32,000 nucleotides of DNA from Candidatus Heimdallarchaeota archaeon (GTDB lineage: Archaea > Asgardarchaeota > Heimdallarchaeia > JABLTI01), in the NCBI GenBank assembly GCA_030614005.1, contig JAUWKS010000009.1:41068-73067 (forward strand), given 5' to 3'. Shown here in pieces: positions 1-8,354 of this stretch (its first letter is position 1; each line of letters begins with the position of its first letter). The notes beneath the pieces were generated by a model that saw only the letters and a program-made list of their open reading frames with translations, did not search any database and had not been told where the DNA came from. The position numbers and the translations under genes were made by a program.

Positions 1-590
1 TGGTCAAAAATTATTAAACCACCGAAATTATCATTGTGTTCATTGTAATCGAAATAATGACTTTTCAATCTAGTATATAATCCATCGACTTGATGTTCTA
101 AGAAACTTATCTCTGTTGTAATATCGACTGTACGATGAATATCATCTCGATAAACAGCTAATGCCTCAGCTAATTTCTCTGTAGCCATATTTACAATTTC
201 AACTGCCTTTTCAATATCATCGAAAATGTGTTCTGATAATTTCACTTTGTGAAGAATAAGTGCGTTTATACCTGCTCTCTTTGAATAGTTTGCTATTTCA
301 TCAGCTCGCTTAATAAAAGTCAATATGTTTGATCGAAGCTTTGTTTTGAGCGTTCCTTTTGTAAGTTCTAACCACATTTCAGCTAATAATTTATCTGCTG
401 CATTTTCTTCCGCGGACATATTTCCAACTTCACGCTCTAAACTTGCAAAATCTCCTTTTCGCCAAGCTGATATTGCTCGTATTAATGACTGAGTAACTAA
501 TTGCACTCTTGATAAATGGCTAGTCATTTTACTTTGGATTTCATCTTCTGCACGTTTTCTAAGAAAACCACTTATTCTTGTTCTTCCCAT
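1..590 (-). CDS. DUF47/PhoU-like phosphate-transport regulator (TIGR00153-like), 3' end runs off the window; not in the ORF track
   Basis: Hand translation from ATG at 590: MGRTRISGFLRKRAEDEIQSKMTSHL...EENAADKLLAEM...IKRADEIANYSKRA...ISFLEHQVDGLYTRLK. It is all-helical, with two E-xx-(A/V)-D motifs and a D-E-I-A-N motif typical of DUF47. GGTGG lies 9 nt upstream of the ATG. Confidence 0.8.
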   Translation of the reverse strand, partial: MGRTRISGFLRKRAEDEIQSKMTSHLSRVQLVTQSLIRAISAWRKGDFASLEREVGNMSAEENAADKLLAEMWLELTKGTLKTKLRSNILTFIKRADEIANYSKRAGINALILHKVKLSEHIFDDIEKAVEIVNMATEKLAEALAVYRDDIHRTVDITTEISFLEHQVDGLYTRLKSHYFDYNEHNDNFGGLIIFD

Positions 591-771
591 AGTATTTTTC
601 CACCATACATTCGATTGTTGTTTATTTTGACCTTAGCAACAACAATTTCAATTAAATAAAAAACTTCCCATCAAGTTTCGGAATGAAAATTAATTATTTA
701 GAAACTGCATACATCTTTTTGATAATAGAGGGTGTTGAGCAACTGAATCGAAAAAATAACCAAAATGAGGT

Positions 772-800
772 TTTAAAAAGGAAAAGAGGAAAACCCTCTT
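772..800 (-). terminator. Hairpin plus U-tract, candidate terminator
   Basis: The minus strand reads AAGAGG-GTTTT-CCTCTT followed by TTCCTTTTT (stem arms 784-789 and 795-800). Confidence 0.4.
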
Positions 801-1032
801 AAAATTCTAGATTCCATTCGGGCTGGTGCCTATTGGTGAAGTAGAAATGCTAAATTCAATACAATAGCGACAGCTACCAACATCCAAATAGTAACACCAC
901 CACCAACCAGTATTCTTAGCTTTTACGGTAAAAATAAAATCTATTTTTGTCTTCAAGAAGACTGTTTCCTTCAGAAGTTTTTTATATTAACTCTCTTCTC
1001 AGTCAATTCATCAGTGGGTAAGTTGTGAGATT

Positions 1033-2040
1033 ATGACTTCAAAAGCAGTAATAGCTACAACAAGTTCTCATTCCTCTCTTTATAATATCGTTCCAGGAGC
1101 ATTGGAAGAGGGGTTAGATGTTTATGTTGTCTGTTTTGACCGAGACTGGGAGCTTTGGTCCCAATATCCTGATCTCTTAAAAAAGATCAATATCTTGAGA
1201 GTAAATGATTACTCTGATGCTCAAAGTATCGTTAGAAAACTCAATGGAATAAGCGGGGAAATCGTTATTGTCCCTCATGGTTCCTTTGTTCGTTATTTAT
1301 CTGTTGAGCAACTGAAACGCTTAAAACATCCAATACTTGGTGGAGTGAAAATTCTTGCTTATGAAGGTGATCGAGATAAGAATTCTGGATTACTTACCGC
1401 TTCTGGTATTACTACTCCAAAAATTTTCGATAAAGCCTCAAAGATTGATCGACCAGTTATGGTTAAACTACATGGAGCAGAGGGTGGAAAAGGGTACTTT
1501 ATTGCTTCTAATAAGGAAGACTTCAATAAGAAAAAGAAAGGAAAAAAAGTTAATTTCATACAAGAATATGTTAGTGGCGTATCGATTTATGCCCATTACT
1601 TCAGTTCACCTATTGAAGGAAGATGTGAACTATTGGGATTTGATCGTCGTTTAGAATCAAATGTTAATTCACAATATCTTGCTCCTAATGAGGAACCATC
1701 ATTTACAGTTGTTGGTAACGTTCCTATTGCTGTGCGAGAATCACTAGTTCCTGAATATCATCGAATGGGGACTGATTTTGTAGAACAAACAGGATTGGTG
1801 GGACCATTTTGTATTGAAACAATTTGTACTACCGAACCGAAAATTTATGCTTTTGAATTCTCAGGTAGAATAGTCGCTGGAACCACTGTTTGGGTCCCAA
1901 ACGGAAATACTTATGCTAATTTGCTTTGGAATGAACCTATGTATATGGGTAAACGCATTGCCCGAGAAATCAAGAAAGCTTATGAGTCCGATAGTTTGGA
2001 GTTACTTACTGTTGATTCACCTAATTTAGAGGAGATATAA
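1033..2040 (+). CDS. purP: PurP-family ATP-grasp protein (formate-dependent FAICAR synthetase family), P-loop-containing RIVAGT type
   Basis: Motifs SHSSL, PHGSFVRY, VKLHGAEGGKGYFIAS, ELLGFDRRLESN, GNVPIAVRESL, GPFCIE, FEFSGRIVAGT and MGKRIAREIK match the archaeal PurP family. Confidence 0.9.
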   Translation: MTSKAVIATTSSHSSLYNIVPGALEEGLDVYVVCFDRDWELWSQYPDLLKKINILRVNDYSDAQSIVRKLNGISGEIVIVPHGSFVRYLSVEQLKRLKHPILGGVKILAYEGDRDKNSGLLTASGITTPKIFDKASKIDRPVMVKLHGAEGGKGYFIASNKEDFNKKKKGKKVNFIQEYVSGVSIYAHYFSSPIEGRCELLGFDRRLESNVNSQYLAPNEEPSFTVVGNVPIAVRESLVPEYHRMGTDFVEQTGLVGPFCIETICTTEPKIYAFEFSGRIVAGTTVWVPNGNTYANLLWNEPMYMGKRIAREIKKAYESDSLELLTVDSPNLEEI

Positions 2041-2044
2041 ATCA

Positions 2045-3307
2045 TTGATCAAAAGAGAAGAGATGCAACAAACCGTAAGTGAGTACAAAGGCAAACCAAC
2101 AATAGTTATTTTTGGAAGTCACTCTGCGCTCGAAACTGGTCTTTCATCTAAAAAAATGGGCTTATCCAATATTGTTATTGTTAAGAAAGGAAGAGAACGA
2201 CAATACATCGAAGAACAAAATCATCTCTTTGACAAAGCAATAGTTGTAGATGACTGGCATCAAATGCTCGATGAGTCCGTTCAAAAGAAATTATTAGAAA
2301 TGAATGGTCTAATTATTCCTAATCGTTCTATGGTTGTATACTTAACTGCAAAACGGATTGAAGAGGAACTACGAATTCCTATGTATGGTAGTCGTACTAT
2401 GCTCAAAAGTGAAGATAGAACAACTAATGAGAAAGAGTACATCGATCAATATGGTCTTATGAAAAAAGCATCTATCCGTTCTCCCAGAGAAATAAGCAAA
2501 GATAATTTAGATATCATTGGTCCAAACAAAGAAGTTCCTGTTGCTCTGGTAAAAGTGCAACAAGCAGGCAATCCTCTCGAGAGAGCTTTCTTCTATATCA
2601 CTTCTGAAGAAGATTACCATGAGCAAGTTGTCACAATGAAAGAAAAGGGTCTAATTAATGATGAGACATTGGACGAAGCACGAATTGAAGAATTTGTTAT
2701 TGGTCCATATTTCAATTGTAATGGTTGGGCTTCTGGCTTAGGAAAAGCACTCGCCAAAAAACACCAATTATCTGATGGAATAAATTGGTTGGAGTTAGAT
2801 CGCGATCCTTTTGAGAACCCTGTTGTTGCTTGGGATTTCGTTGGATTTGGTCAACGGATGCAGACTAATAGTAGTGGCTTTTTGAATTTGCCAGCAAAGA
2901 TCCAATTACAAATAGGTGATAAGATCAAAATAAAGAATGAAGAAATTGGTCACACAATGGCAACAATGCGTGAATCAAAAATGAACGAAGTTGTAAGTTC
3001 AATCCCAAAATTCCTTGCTACCGCAGACAAATATTATCCTCCTGGAATGATTGGTCTATTTGGACTACAAGGTGCAATGCCAATTAATCCCAAGAACAAT
3101 AAACCAGAATTTGTTGTTTTTGATGTTAGTATGCGTGTTCCGGGTGATCCCGCTGTTGCAGCAAGTCCACAAATGAACAGTTTAACATTGAAATATCAGA
3201 AATACCTACCAAAAGGTGTTCATCAAATAACTTCTCCAATTGATTTATCAATGCTTGAAATTCTCCAAGCATTCAAAGTTGGAAAACAAAAACAAATAGT
3301 AACTTAG
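2045..3307 (+). CDS. purP: Second, divergent PurP-like protein lacking the glycine-rich P-loop (ERAFF type)
   Basis: N-terminus MIKREEMQQTVSEY...FGSHSALE, PNRSMVVY, VKVQQAGNPLERAFF in place of GxxGGxGYF, RIEEFVIG, QRMQTN, EIGHTMATMRES and FDVSMRVPGDP. TTG start 4 nt after the purP1 stop, with GAGGAG upstream. Confidence 0.82.
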   Translation: MIKREEMQQTVSEYKGKPTIVIFGSHSALETGLSSKKMGLSNIVIVKKGRERQYIEEQNHLFDKAIVVDDWHQMLDESVQKKLLEMNGLIIPNRSMVVYLTAKRIEEELRIPMYGSRTMLKSEDRTTNEKEYIDQYGLMKKASIRSPREISKDNLDIIGPNKEVPVALVKVQQAGNPLERAFFYITSEEDYHEQVVTMKEKGLINDETLDEARIEEFVIGPYFNCNGWASGLGKALAKKHQLSDGINWLELDRDPFENPVVAWDFVGFGQRMQTNSSGFLNLPAKIQLQIGDKIKIKNEEIGHTMATMRESKMNEVVSSIPKFLATADKYYPPGMIGLFGLQGAMPINPKNNKPEFVVFDVSMRVPGDPAVAASPQMNSLTLKYQKYLPKGVHQITSPIDLSMLEILQAFKVGKQKQIVT

Positions 3308-3352
3308 TTGTCAACTTTCAATATCTCGTGCGGGCTTGAGGGAAAAGTTATT

Positions 3353-3377
3353 ATCATTTGTTAATTTTAACAATGAT
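3353..3377. promoter_or_regulatory. Imperfect 25-bp inverted repeat directly before the fetA-like start; candidate operator
   Basis: ATCATTTGTTAA-TT-TTAACAATGAT (one-base bulge), ending 2 nt before the ATG at 3380. Confidence 0.4.
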
Positions 3378-3379
3378 TT

Positions 3380-4135
3380 ATGAGCAAGTTAAATCAAGTT
3401 ATTATTCCTACTACTTGTTTGTATTCACTCCAAGCAGTTGATTTTGTAATCAATGACAAGAAAATACTTTCGGATATTTCAATCGATTTGGAACCAGGTG
3501 TTATTACAGGAATAATTGGTCCCTCTGGAGCAGGAAAAAGTACCCTACTTTCATTATTGAATAAACTTCTTTCCCCAACAGGAGGAGAAATATTTTTTGA
3601 TGGTAGAAATCTCTCTGAATACCCATCTCAAGAACTACGAAAGTTGGTAGGGTTGGTTCAACAACGACCACATCTATTTGCTGGAACCGTTAGGTATAAT
3701 CTTGAATATGGACCGAAAATTTGGAAAATAAAATATTCGGATGAAGATTTATTGGAACTGATGTCTAAAGTAGCTTTACCTGCTGATTTTCTGGATAGAG
3801 AGATTGACGGTCTTTCTGGTGGTGAGCAGCAACGAGTAAGTTTTGCAAGAAGCTTGGCAAATCAACCATGTGTTTTATTATTAGATGAACCAACAAGTGC
3901 TTTAGATATTGTATCCTCAGAGATTATAGAAAATACAATTAAACAATTAGCAAAAGAAGGAATGAAAATTATTATTGTTACTCATTCTTTACAACAAACA
4001 CAAGATTTGACTGAACAACTATTGTTCTTAAAAGATGGGTGTTTCATTGAGAAAACCTCTACTATTGATTTCTTCAAAAAATATGATGAAGAAGAAATTC
4101 GGACCTTTTTCAAATCCAAAACGGAGGAAGAATAG
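3380..4135 (+). CDS. fetA: ABC transporter ATP-binding protein, FetA/YbbL-like
   Basis: Walker A GPSGAGKS, Q-loop VQQRP, signature LSGGEQQR, Walker B LLLDEPT and H-loop VTH. It abuts a YbbM-type permease. Confidence 0.75.
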   Translation: MSKLNQVIIPTTCLYSLQAVDFVINDKKILSDISIDLEPGVITGIIGPSGAGKSTLLSLLNKLLSPTGGEIFFDGRNLSEYPSQELRKLVGLVQQRPHLFAGTVRYNLEYGPKIWKIKYSDEDLLELMSKVALPADFLDREIDGLSGGEQQRVSFARSLANQPCVLLLDEPTSALDIVSSEIIENTIKQLAKEGMKIIIVTHSLQQTQDLTEQLLFLKDGCFIEKTSTIDFFKKYDEEEIRTFFKSKTEEE

Positions 4136-5068
4136 ATGGCTTTTATAGATATTTTTAATGATATTTGGTCTACCTTAAGTAACGTCGATATTTTGATTCG
4201 TATCGCTCTTTCAAGCGTAATGTTATTGATTATAGTCATTCTCTCATTATGGCAAAATGTAGGTATGGAAACAATGTTTCTTTGGAGTTTCTTTCGGGGA
4301 TTCATTCAAATTGTTCTTATGGGTTCTATTCTAACACTAATTTTTGACATTTCGAAAATATGGCTATTGTATATTGTTCTAATATCAATGTGTGTTTTTG
4401 CTGCATTTTCTATCTCGAGAAGATACCGTTATCCAAAGATGTTCTTAATTGAGCTTCTAGCAATTACTTCAAGCAGTATATTCATTCTAACATTAGTAAT
4501 GTTCTCAGGTGTGCCAGCTGCTTTTGAAGGGATAATTCCTTATCCACCACAAGGAGAGTTCATCATTCCTATGGGGAGTATGGTTATCTCTAATACTATG
4601 GTTATAACCAGCATAGTTTTGGAACGAACCAAGTCTGATATCCTTAAAGCAAAAGGTTCTGTTGAAGCAGCGCTCGCTTTAGGTGATAGTTCAACAAATG
4701 CGGTGAGAACAATTCTTCGAGATTCCTATAAAGCAGGTTTAATGCCATCTACAAGTAGAGTTGCTATTCTAGGAATTGTTTCAATACCCGGCTTAATGTC
4801 AGGTATGATTATAGGTGGAGTACCACCTGTTGAAGCGGCTGTATATCAAATAGTTATTTTCTTAATGATACTCTCGTCCTCGTTTCCAGCAAGTATCATT
4901 GCAAATGCATTGTTTACTCGTCAGTTCTTCACAAAGGAGCATCAGTTTGATTTGGTATTCTTAAATCAGCTAGCAAAAATAGAAGAAGAGAAAAATGCTC
5001 AAATAAAAAAGAATAAGAAAAAAATGGATAAATTGAAAGAGAAATTGAGAAGGAAAAATAAAAAATAA
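4136..5068 (+). CDS. fetB: UPF0014/FetB/YbbM-type ABC permease
   Basis: Multi-TM protein with RGFIQI, IIPMGSMVISNTM, VEAALALGD, GIVSIPGLMSGMIIGG and AAVYQIVI, characteristic of YbbM/STAR2. Lys-rich C-terminal tail. Confidence 0.85.
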   Translation: MAFIDIFNDIWSTLSNVDILIRIALSSVMLLIIVILSLWQNVGMETMFLWSFFRGFIQIVLMGSILTLIFDISKIWLLYIVLISMCVFAAFSISRRYRYPKMFLIELLAITSSSIFILTLVMFSGVPAAFEGIIPYPPQGEFIIPMGSMVISNTMVITSIVLERTKSDILKAKGSVEAALALGDSSTNAVRTILRDSYKAGLMPSTSRVAILGIVSIPGLMSGMIIGGVPPVEAAVYQIVIFLMILSSSFPASIIANALFTRQFFTKEHQFDLVFLNQLAKIEEEKNAQIKKNKKKMDKLKEKLRRKNKK

Positions 5069-6763
5069 TTATTTTTCTTCTATTTCTTCATCTTTTTCAT
5101 TGTCACTTTGTTCCTCTTTCTCTCGTTTTTGTTGTTCTCTTTTTATTCGATCCTTTATGAATGGTCGTCGGTATTTGAATAGCTTCATCTTTGCTTTCTC
5201 GATTTCTTGTTGAACGTCTTTAAGTTCTCGTTCTTTATGTTGCAAAGATACAAGAGAGAGCAATTCTTCATCTGTGTCTCGTATTGTGCGCCATTCTTTA
5301 TATCTATCAAAAGGATATTGCAATTTTATACGTGCAACCAATCTGGATTTATCTCCTTTTATCCATTCACTTTTTGACCAGACATTTGAAATACTGTGTT
5401 TACTTTTATGTTCTTTGTTTCTTAGATTCCAAAGGATTCTCAATTTATCGAAAGACAAGTAATGAAATTTCAGTAAATCTTGAGGAGTTCTGGTCTTCAT
5501 TTCTTCCCAGAGGTCGAGTTTGAATTCACGAGTTCGGTTAATGGACCAACCCATTAGCAAAATTAACATTGGAATAATAAGATATGAAAGAGCTAAGAAA
5601 AGAAAGTTGTAAAAACTATTTTCACCTATTAGAGTTAGAAAAGTAAAATTAAGCACTTCAAATCTGGCAAGTAGAGTAACAGTGTAGAAAGCTATTATTG
5701 CTAACCACATAATAATATTGAGAGCAATACTGGAAAATAATCTAAGGAAGATACTTGGTCTAGTGTATTCTCTAAACGCATGCCAAGATCTATCTATTAG
5801 AAACCAAGGATTTTCTTGGACAGAATCCGATTCATGGAAGGTTAATTTTTCTTTAGGTACAAAGACTGTTTTATAGTGAAAGAAATCAAATTGTGCACCT
5901 TCAATTTGCCATTCTTCTTTGACATTTTTACCGAGGAAAACGAGCAGTGGTGCATAATCCATTGGATGCGAAAATCTCTCTACAAAGGATTTTTCACCTC
6001 TTAAATAAAAATCTGCACCAATAATGAGTACAACCAAACCTAGTGCCAAAGTTAACCAAGCACTAATCGGTAGTAGAGCGATCCATCCTCCGGCATAATC
6101 CGCTAAATCAATAATTGCATATTCTAATGCTGTAGTCCAGAGGAGAATCCCTGGAACAACAAAACCAATCATACTATCTGGCACGGTTTTCCAATTTTTA
6201 ATTCCATTAATAACACGTCTGTACAATCCTTCAAAATAGGTCCACAAGCCCATAAGAATGAATATCAATCCAATAACTAACAGAGCAGCATATATTCTCC
6301 CTCCACTACCTTCCTGTACAGGCAAAAATTCAGTGGAAAATTGCCACAAAAAGAGCGTTGAAATAAAGAATGGTATACTTAAGAATATGAATTGAAACGG
6401 AAATAGTTGTCGTGTCCAAATAACAAAATACTGTAAACATACTTTGACTGCACTATCTAGATCTTTATTATCAGCAATAATTCTGAAAAAAGATCCACCA
6501 CCAATATTCCATCGTTCAAGTTCTGTCTTCAATTCTTGTGTCCTTAAGGTTAGTATTGGTCTAAATCTTCTTTCTAAACCAACTGCTTCTTCAGTGAGAT
6601 CATAATCGCCTTCGTTCAAGTTTAAGTAAACCTCAGCACCTTTCTCAGGTTTGAGCTTTTCAAGACTCTTCTTTATTGCTTCAGTTGGCCAATTGTCAAT
6701 ATTATCATCAAAAGCATCAGTGAGACTTCTTATCTTTGACTTCTCTTGCTGTTTTTTCATCAA
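5069..6763 (-). CDS. Hypothetical polytopic membrane protein (about 6-7 TM) with Vps62/NPP1-like soluble motifs
   Basis: 564-aa ORF with hydrophobic blocks at about aa 120-255 and 340-410. Soluble segments carry RRFRPILTL..E, LQYFVIW, HPMDYAP and PWFLIDRSWHAF; charged coiled-coil tail. The CDS is secure; the domain call is inference. Confidence 0.75.
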   Translation of the reverse strand: MMKKQQEKSKIRSLTDAFDDNIDNWPTEAIKKSLEKLKPEKGAEVYLNLNEGDYDLTEEAVGLERRFRPILTLRTQELKTELERWNIGGGSFFRIIADNKDLDSAVKVCLQYFVIWTRQLFPFQFIFLSIPFFISTLFLWQFSTEFLPVQEGSGGRIYAALLVIGLIFILMGLWTYFEGLYRRVINGIKNWKTVPDSMIGFVVPGILLWTTALEYAIIDLADYAGGWIALLPISAWLTLALGLVVLIIGADFYLRGEKSFVERFSHPMDYAPLLVFLGKNVKEEWQIEGAQFDFFHYKTVFVPKEKLTFHESDSVQENPWFLIDRSWHAFREYTRPSIFLRLFSSIALNIIMWLAIIAFYTVTLLARFEVLNFTFLTLIGENSFYNFLFLALSYLIIPMLILLMGWSINRTREFKLDLWEEMKTRTPQDLLKFHYLSFDKLRILWNLRNKEHKSKHSISNVWSKSEWIKGDKSRLVARIKLQYPFDRYKEWRTIRDTDEELLSLVSLQHKERELKDVQQEIEKAKMKLFKYRRPFIKDRIKREQQKREKEEQSDNEKDEEIEEK

Positions 6764-6814
6764 TTATCAATCCGGTTATACATCTATTTTAAGGAGAAAA
6801 ACGAGAAAATCAAG

Positions 6815-7246
6815 TTATACCATTTTCTCTCGTAATTGTTTTCCGAGCTCATTCTCAAATGTTGCTAGCATACGAATTGCTAAATAAGCTGCATTCTTCC
6901 CATTATCAATTCCAACAGTAGCAACGGGTACGCCTGAAGGCATCTGAACAATAGAAAGAAGAGCATCCATACCGCCTAACTTTGCTGAAACTGGCACACC
7001 AATAACTACCTTTTTGGTTTTACTAGCGCAAACACCAGGTAAAGCTGCTGCTAATCCGGCGATGGCAATAATTACTTTTGCGGGAGTCTTAGCAAGATAT
7101 TCATCAAGCTCTTTTGCATTTCTATGTGCTGAAAGAACAACAAATGCATGAGGAACATCATACTCTTTTAACACAGCAACAACTTTATCTACGATTTCCA
7201 TATCAGATTTTGAGCCTGAAATGACTGCTACAACGGGTTCTGTCAT
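6815..7246 (-). CDS. purE: N5-CAIR mutase / AIR carboxylase PurE
   Basis: [49 protein letters not shown] 7246 is preferred over TTG 7255 because GTGG lies 10 nt upstream. Confidence 0.95.
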   Translation of the reverse strand: MTEPVVAVISGSKSDMEIVDKVVAVLKEYDVPHAFVVLSAHRNAKELDEYLAKTPAKVIIAIAGLAAALPGVCASKTKKVVIGVPVSAKLGGMDALLSIVQMPSGVPVATVGIDNGKNAAYLAIRMLATFENELGKQLREKMV

Positions 7247-7278
7247 AAGTATCAATCCACGTGAATGAATTTGTAGAT

Positions 7279-7310
7279 TGGAATGTAATAATTCCTATTA
7301 CTTTATTCCA
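7279..7310. other. 32-nt stem-loop between pfkB and purE
   Basis: TGGAAT-GTAATA-attcc-TATTAC-ttt-ATTCCA: two 6-bp helices with a 3-nt bulge. Confidence 0.45.
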
Positions 7311-7351
7311 CTCTTTAATTATTGAAAGTTTCCGATGAGAAAAAAAGGTAT

Positions 7352-8278
7352 TCATTGATTCTTTCGAAGAAATTTCACTAATTCTTTTCGGCTTTTAGGT
7401 CCACTTCTTGCACCAATCTCTTGTATACAAAGCGCTGAACATGCTGTTGCAATCCTTCCAGCTTCTCTTGGTGTTTTCCCTTTTGTCAAAGCATAAAGCA
7501 TTCCCGCTGAGAAAGCATCTCCTGCACCTGTGGTATCAATAACAGGAACTTTGAAAATTGGTATGTTATCTCTTCCTTGTTCACTATAAATAGTTGCTCC
7601 TTCGCTCCCTTTTGTAATAGCAATTATTTTCTCTGGTTTTTCTTTTATAAAATCTAAAGTGATATCATCTAATTCTTCTTTAGAGCATCTGAATATTTGT
7701 GACATTTCATCACGGCTTCCAACAATTAATTTCGCATGTTGTGTAAGTCTAAATGCTCTGCTAGGGTTTTGTGCAATAAGAGCTCCTGGGCTCATTGAGA
7801 AATTAATATCTAAATCACTCTCTAACAGAGCTTCTATTGAAGCGATGTTTCTCATATCAGAAAGATGTGCCCATTTTGCTTTAGTTAATGCCTCTAAAGG
7901 TAAATCGTTCAATGTCAATAAATCTGCGGCTCCACTATAAGCCATTATCATTCGATCTCCTTCCTTATTCACACAAATATAACATGAACCTGTGTTGACT
8001 GCTTTATCAACGATTACTGTATCTTGTACATGTACTTTCTCTTGGGCAAGATCACGAAGTAAAATATCTCCAAAATTATCTTTACCAACCTTTCCCGAAA
8101 AAGCTGTTTTGAGACCAAGTCGACTACAAGTAACGGCGACATTTGCTGCTGCTCCACCTGGCATTAATTTGAAATCTTGGACGAATGATTCTCCATCTTT
8201 AGTTGGAAATTCATCCACAAGTGCTATCATATCAATTAATACTGCCCCGACAGAGATAACATCGAATGTTTCTGACAA
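7352..8278 (-). CDS. PfkB-family carbohydrate/nucleoside kinase
   Basis: PGGAAANVA, GKVGKD.FG, TKGSEG and the C-terminal signature DTTGAGDAFSAG. TTG start with GGTGA upstream. Confidence 0.92.
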   Translation of the reverse strand: MSETFDVISVGAVLIDMIALVDEFPTKDGESFVQDFKLMPGGAAANVAVTCSRLGLKTAFSGKVGKDNFGDILLRDLAQEKVHVQDTVIVDKAVNTGSCYICVNKEGDRMIMAYSGAADLLTLNDLPLEALTKAKWAHLSDMRNIASIEALLESDLDINFSMSPGALIAQNPSRAFRLTQHAKLIVGSRDEMSQIFRCSKEELDDITLDFIKEKPEKIIAITKGSEGATIYSEQGRDNIPIFKVPVIDTTGAGDAFSAGMLYALTKGKTPREAGRIATACSALCIQEIGARSGPKSRKELVKFLRKNQ

Positions 8279-8354
8279 AACTGTTCACCAAATTCTTTTT
8301 ATAGAGTACACTCACTTTTGCTTCTTTAAATGAATTTCGTTCTTCTTAGCACAT

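Noticed and set aside
780-990. Known purine, ZTP or other riboswitch, tRNA or C/D-box RNA upstream of purP
   Set aside because: I could not recognise any consensus (no cloverleaf, C/D boxes, or ZTP/purine aptamer core). The region is kept only as an unexplained candidate.
6815-7246. Possibility that the PurE-like gene is larB (NPN biosynthesis), given the nearby larA
   Set aside because: It has canonical PurE motifs ([21 protein letters not shown]) and lacks the LarB N-terminal domain and the AGTSD/DVGVAG motifs.
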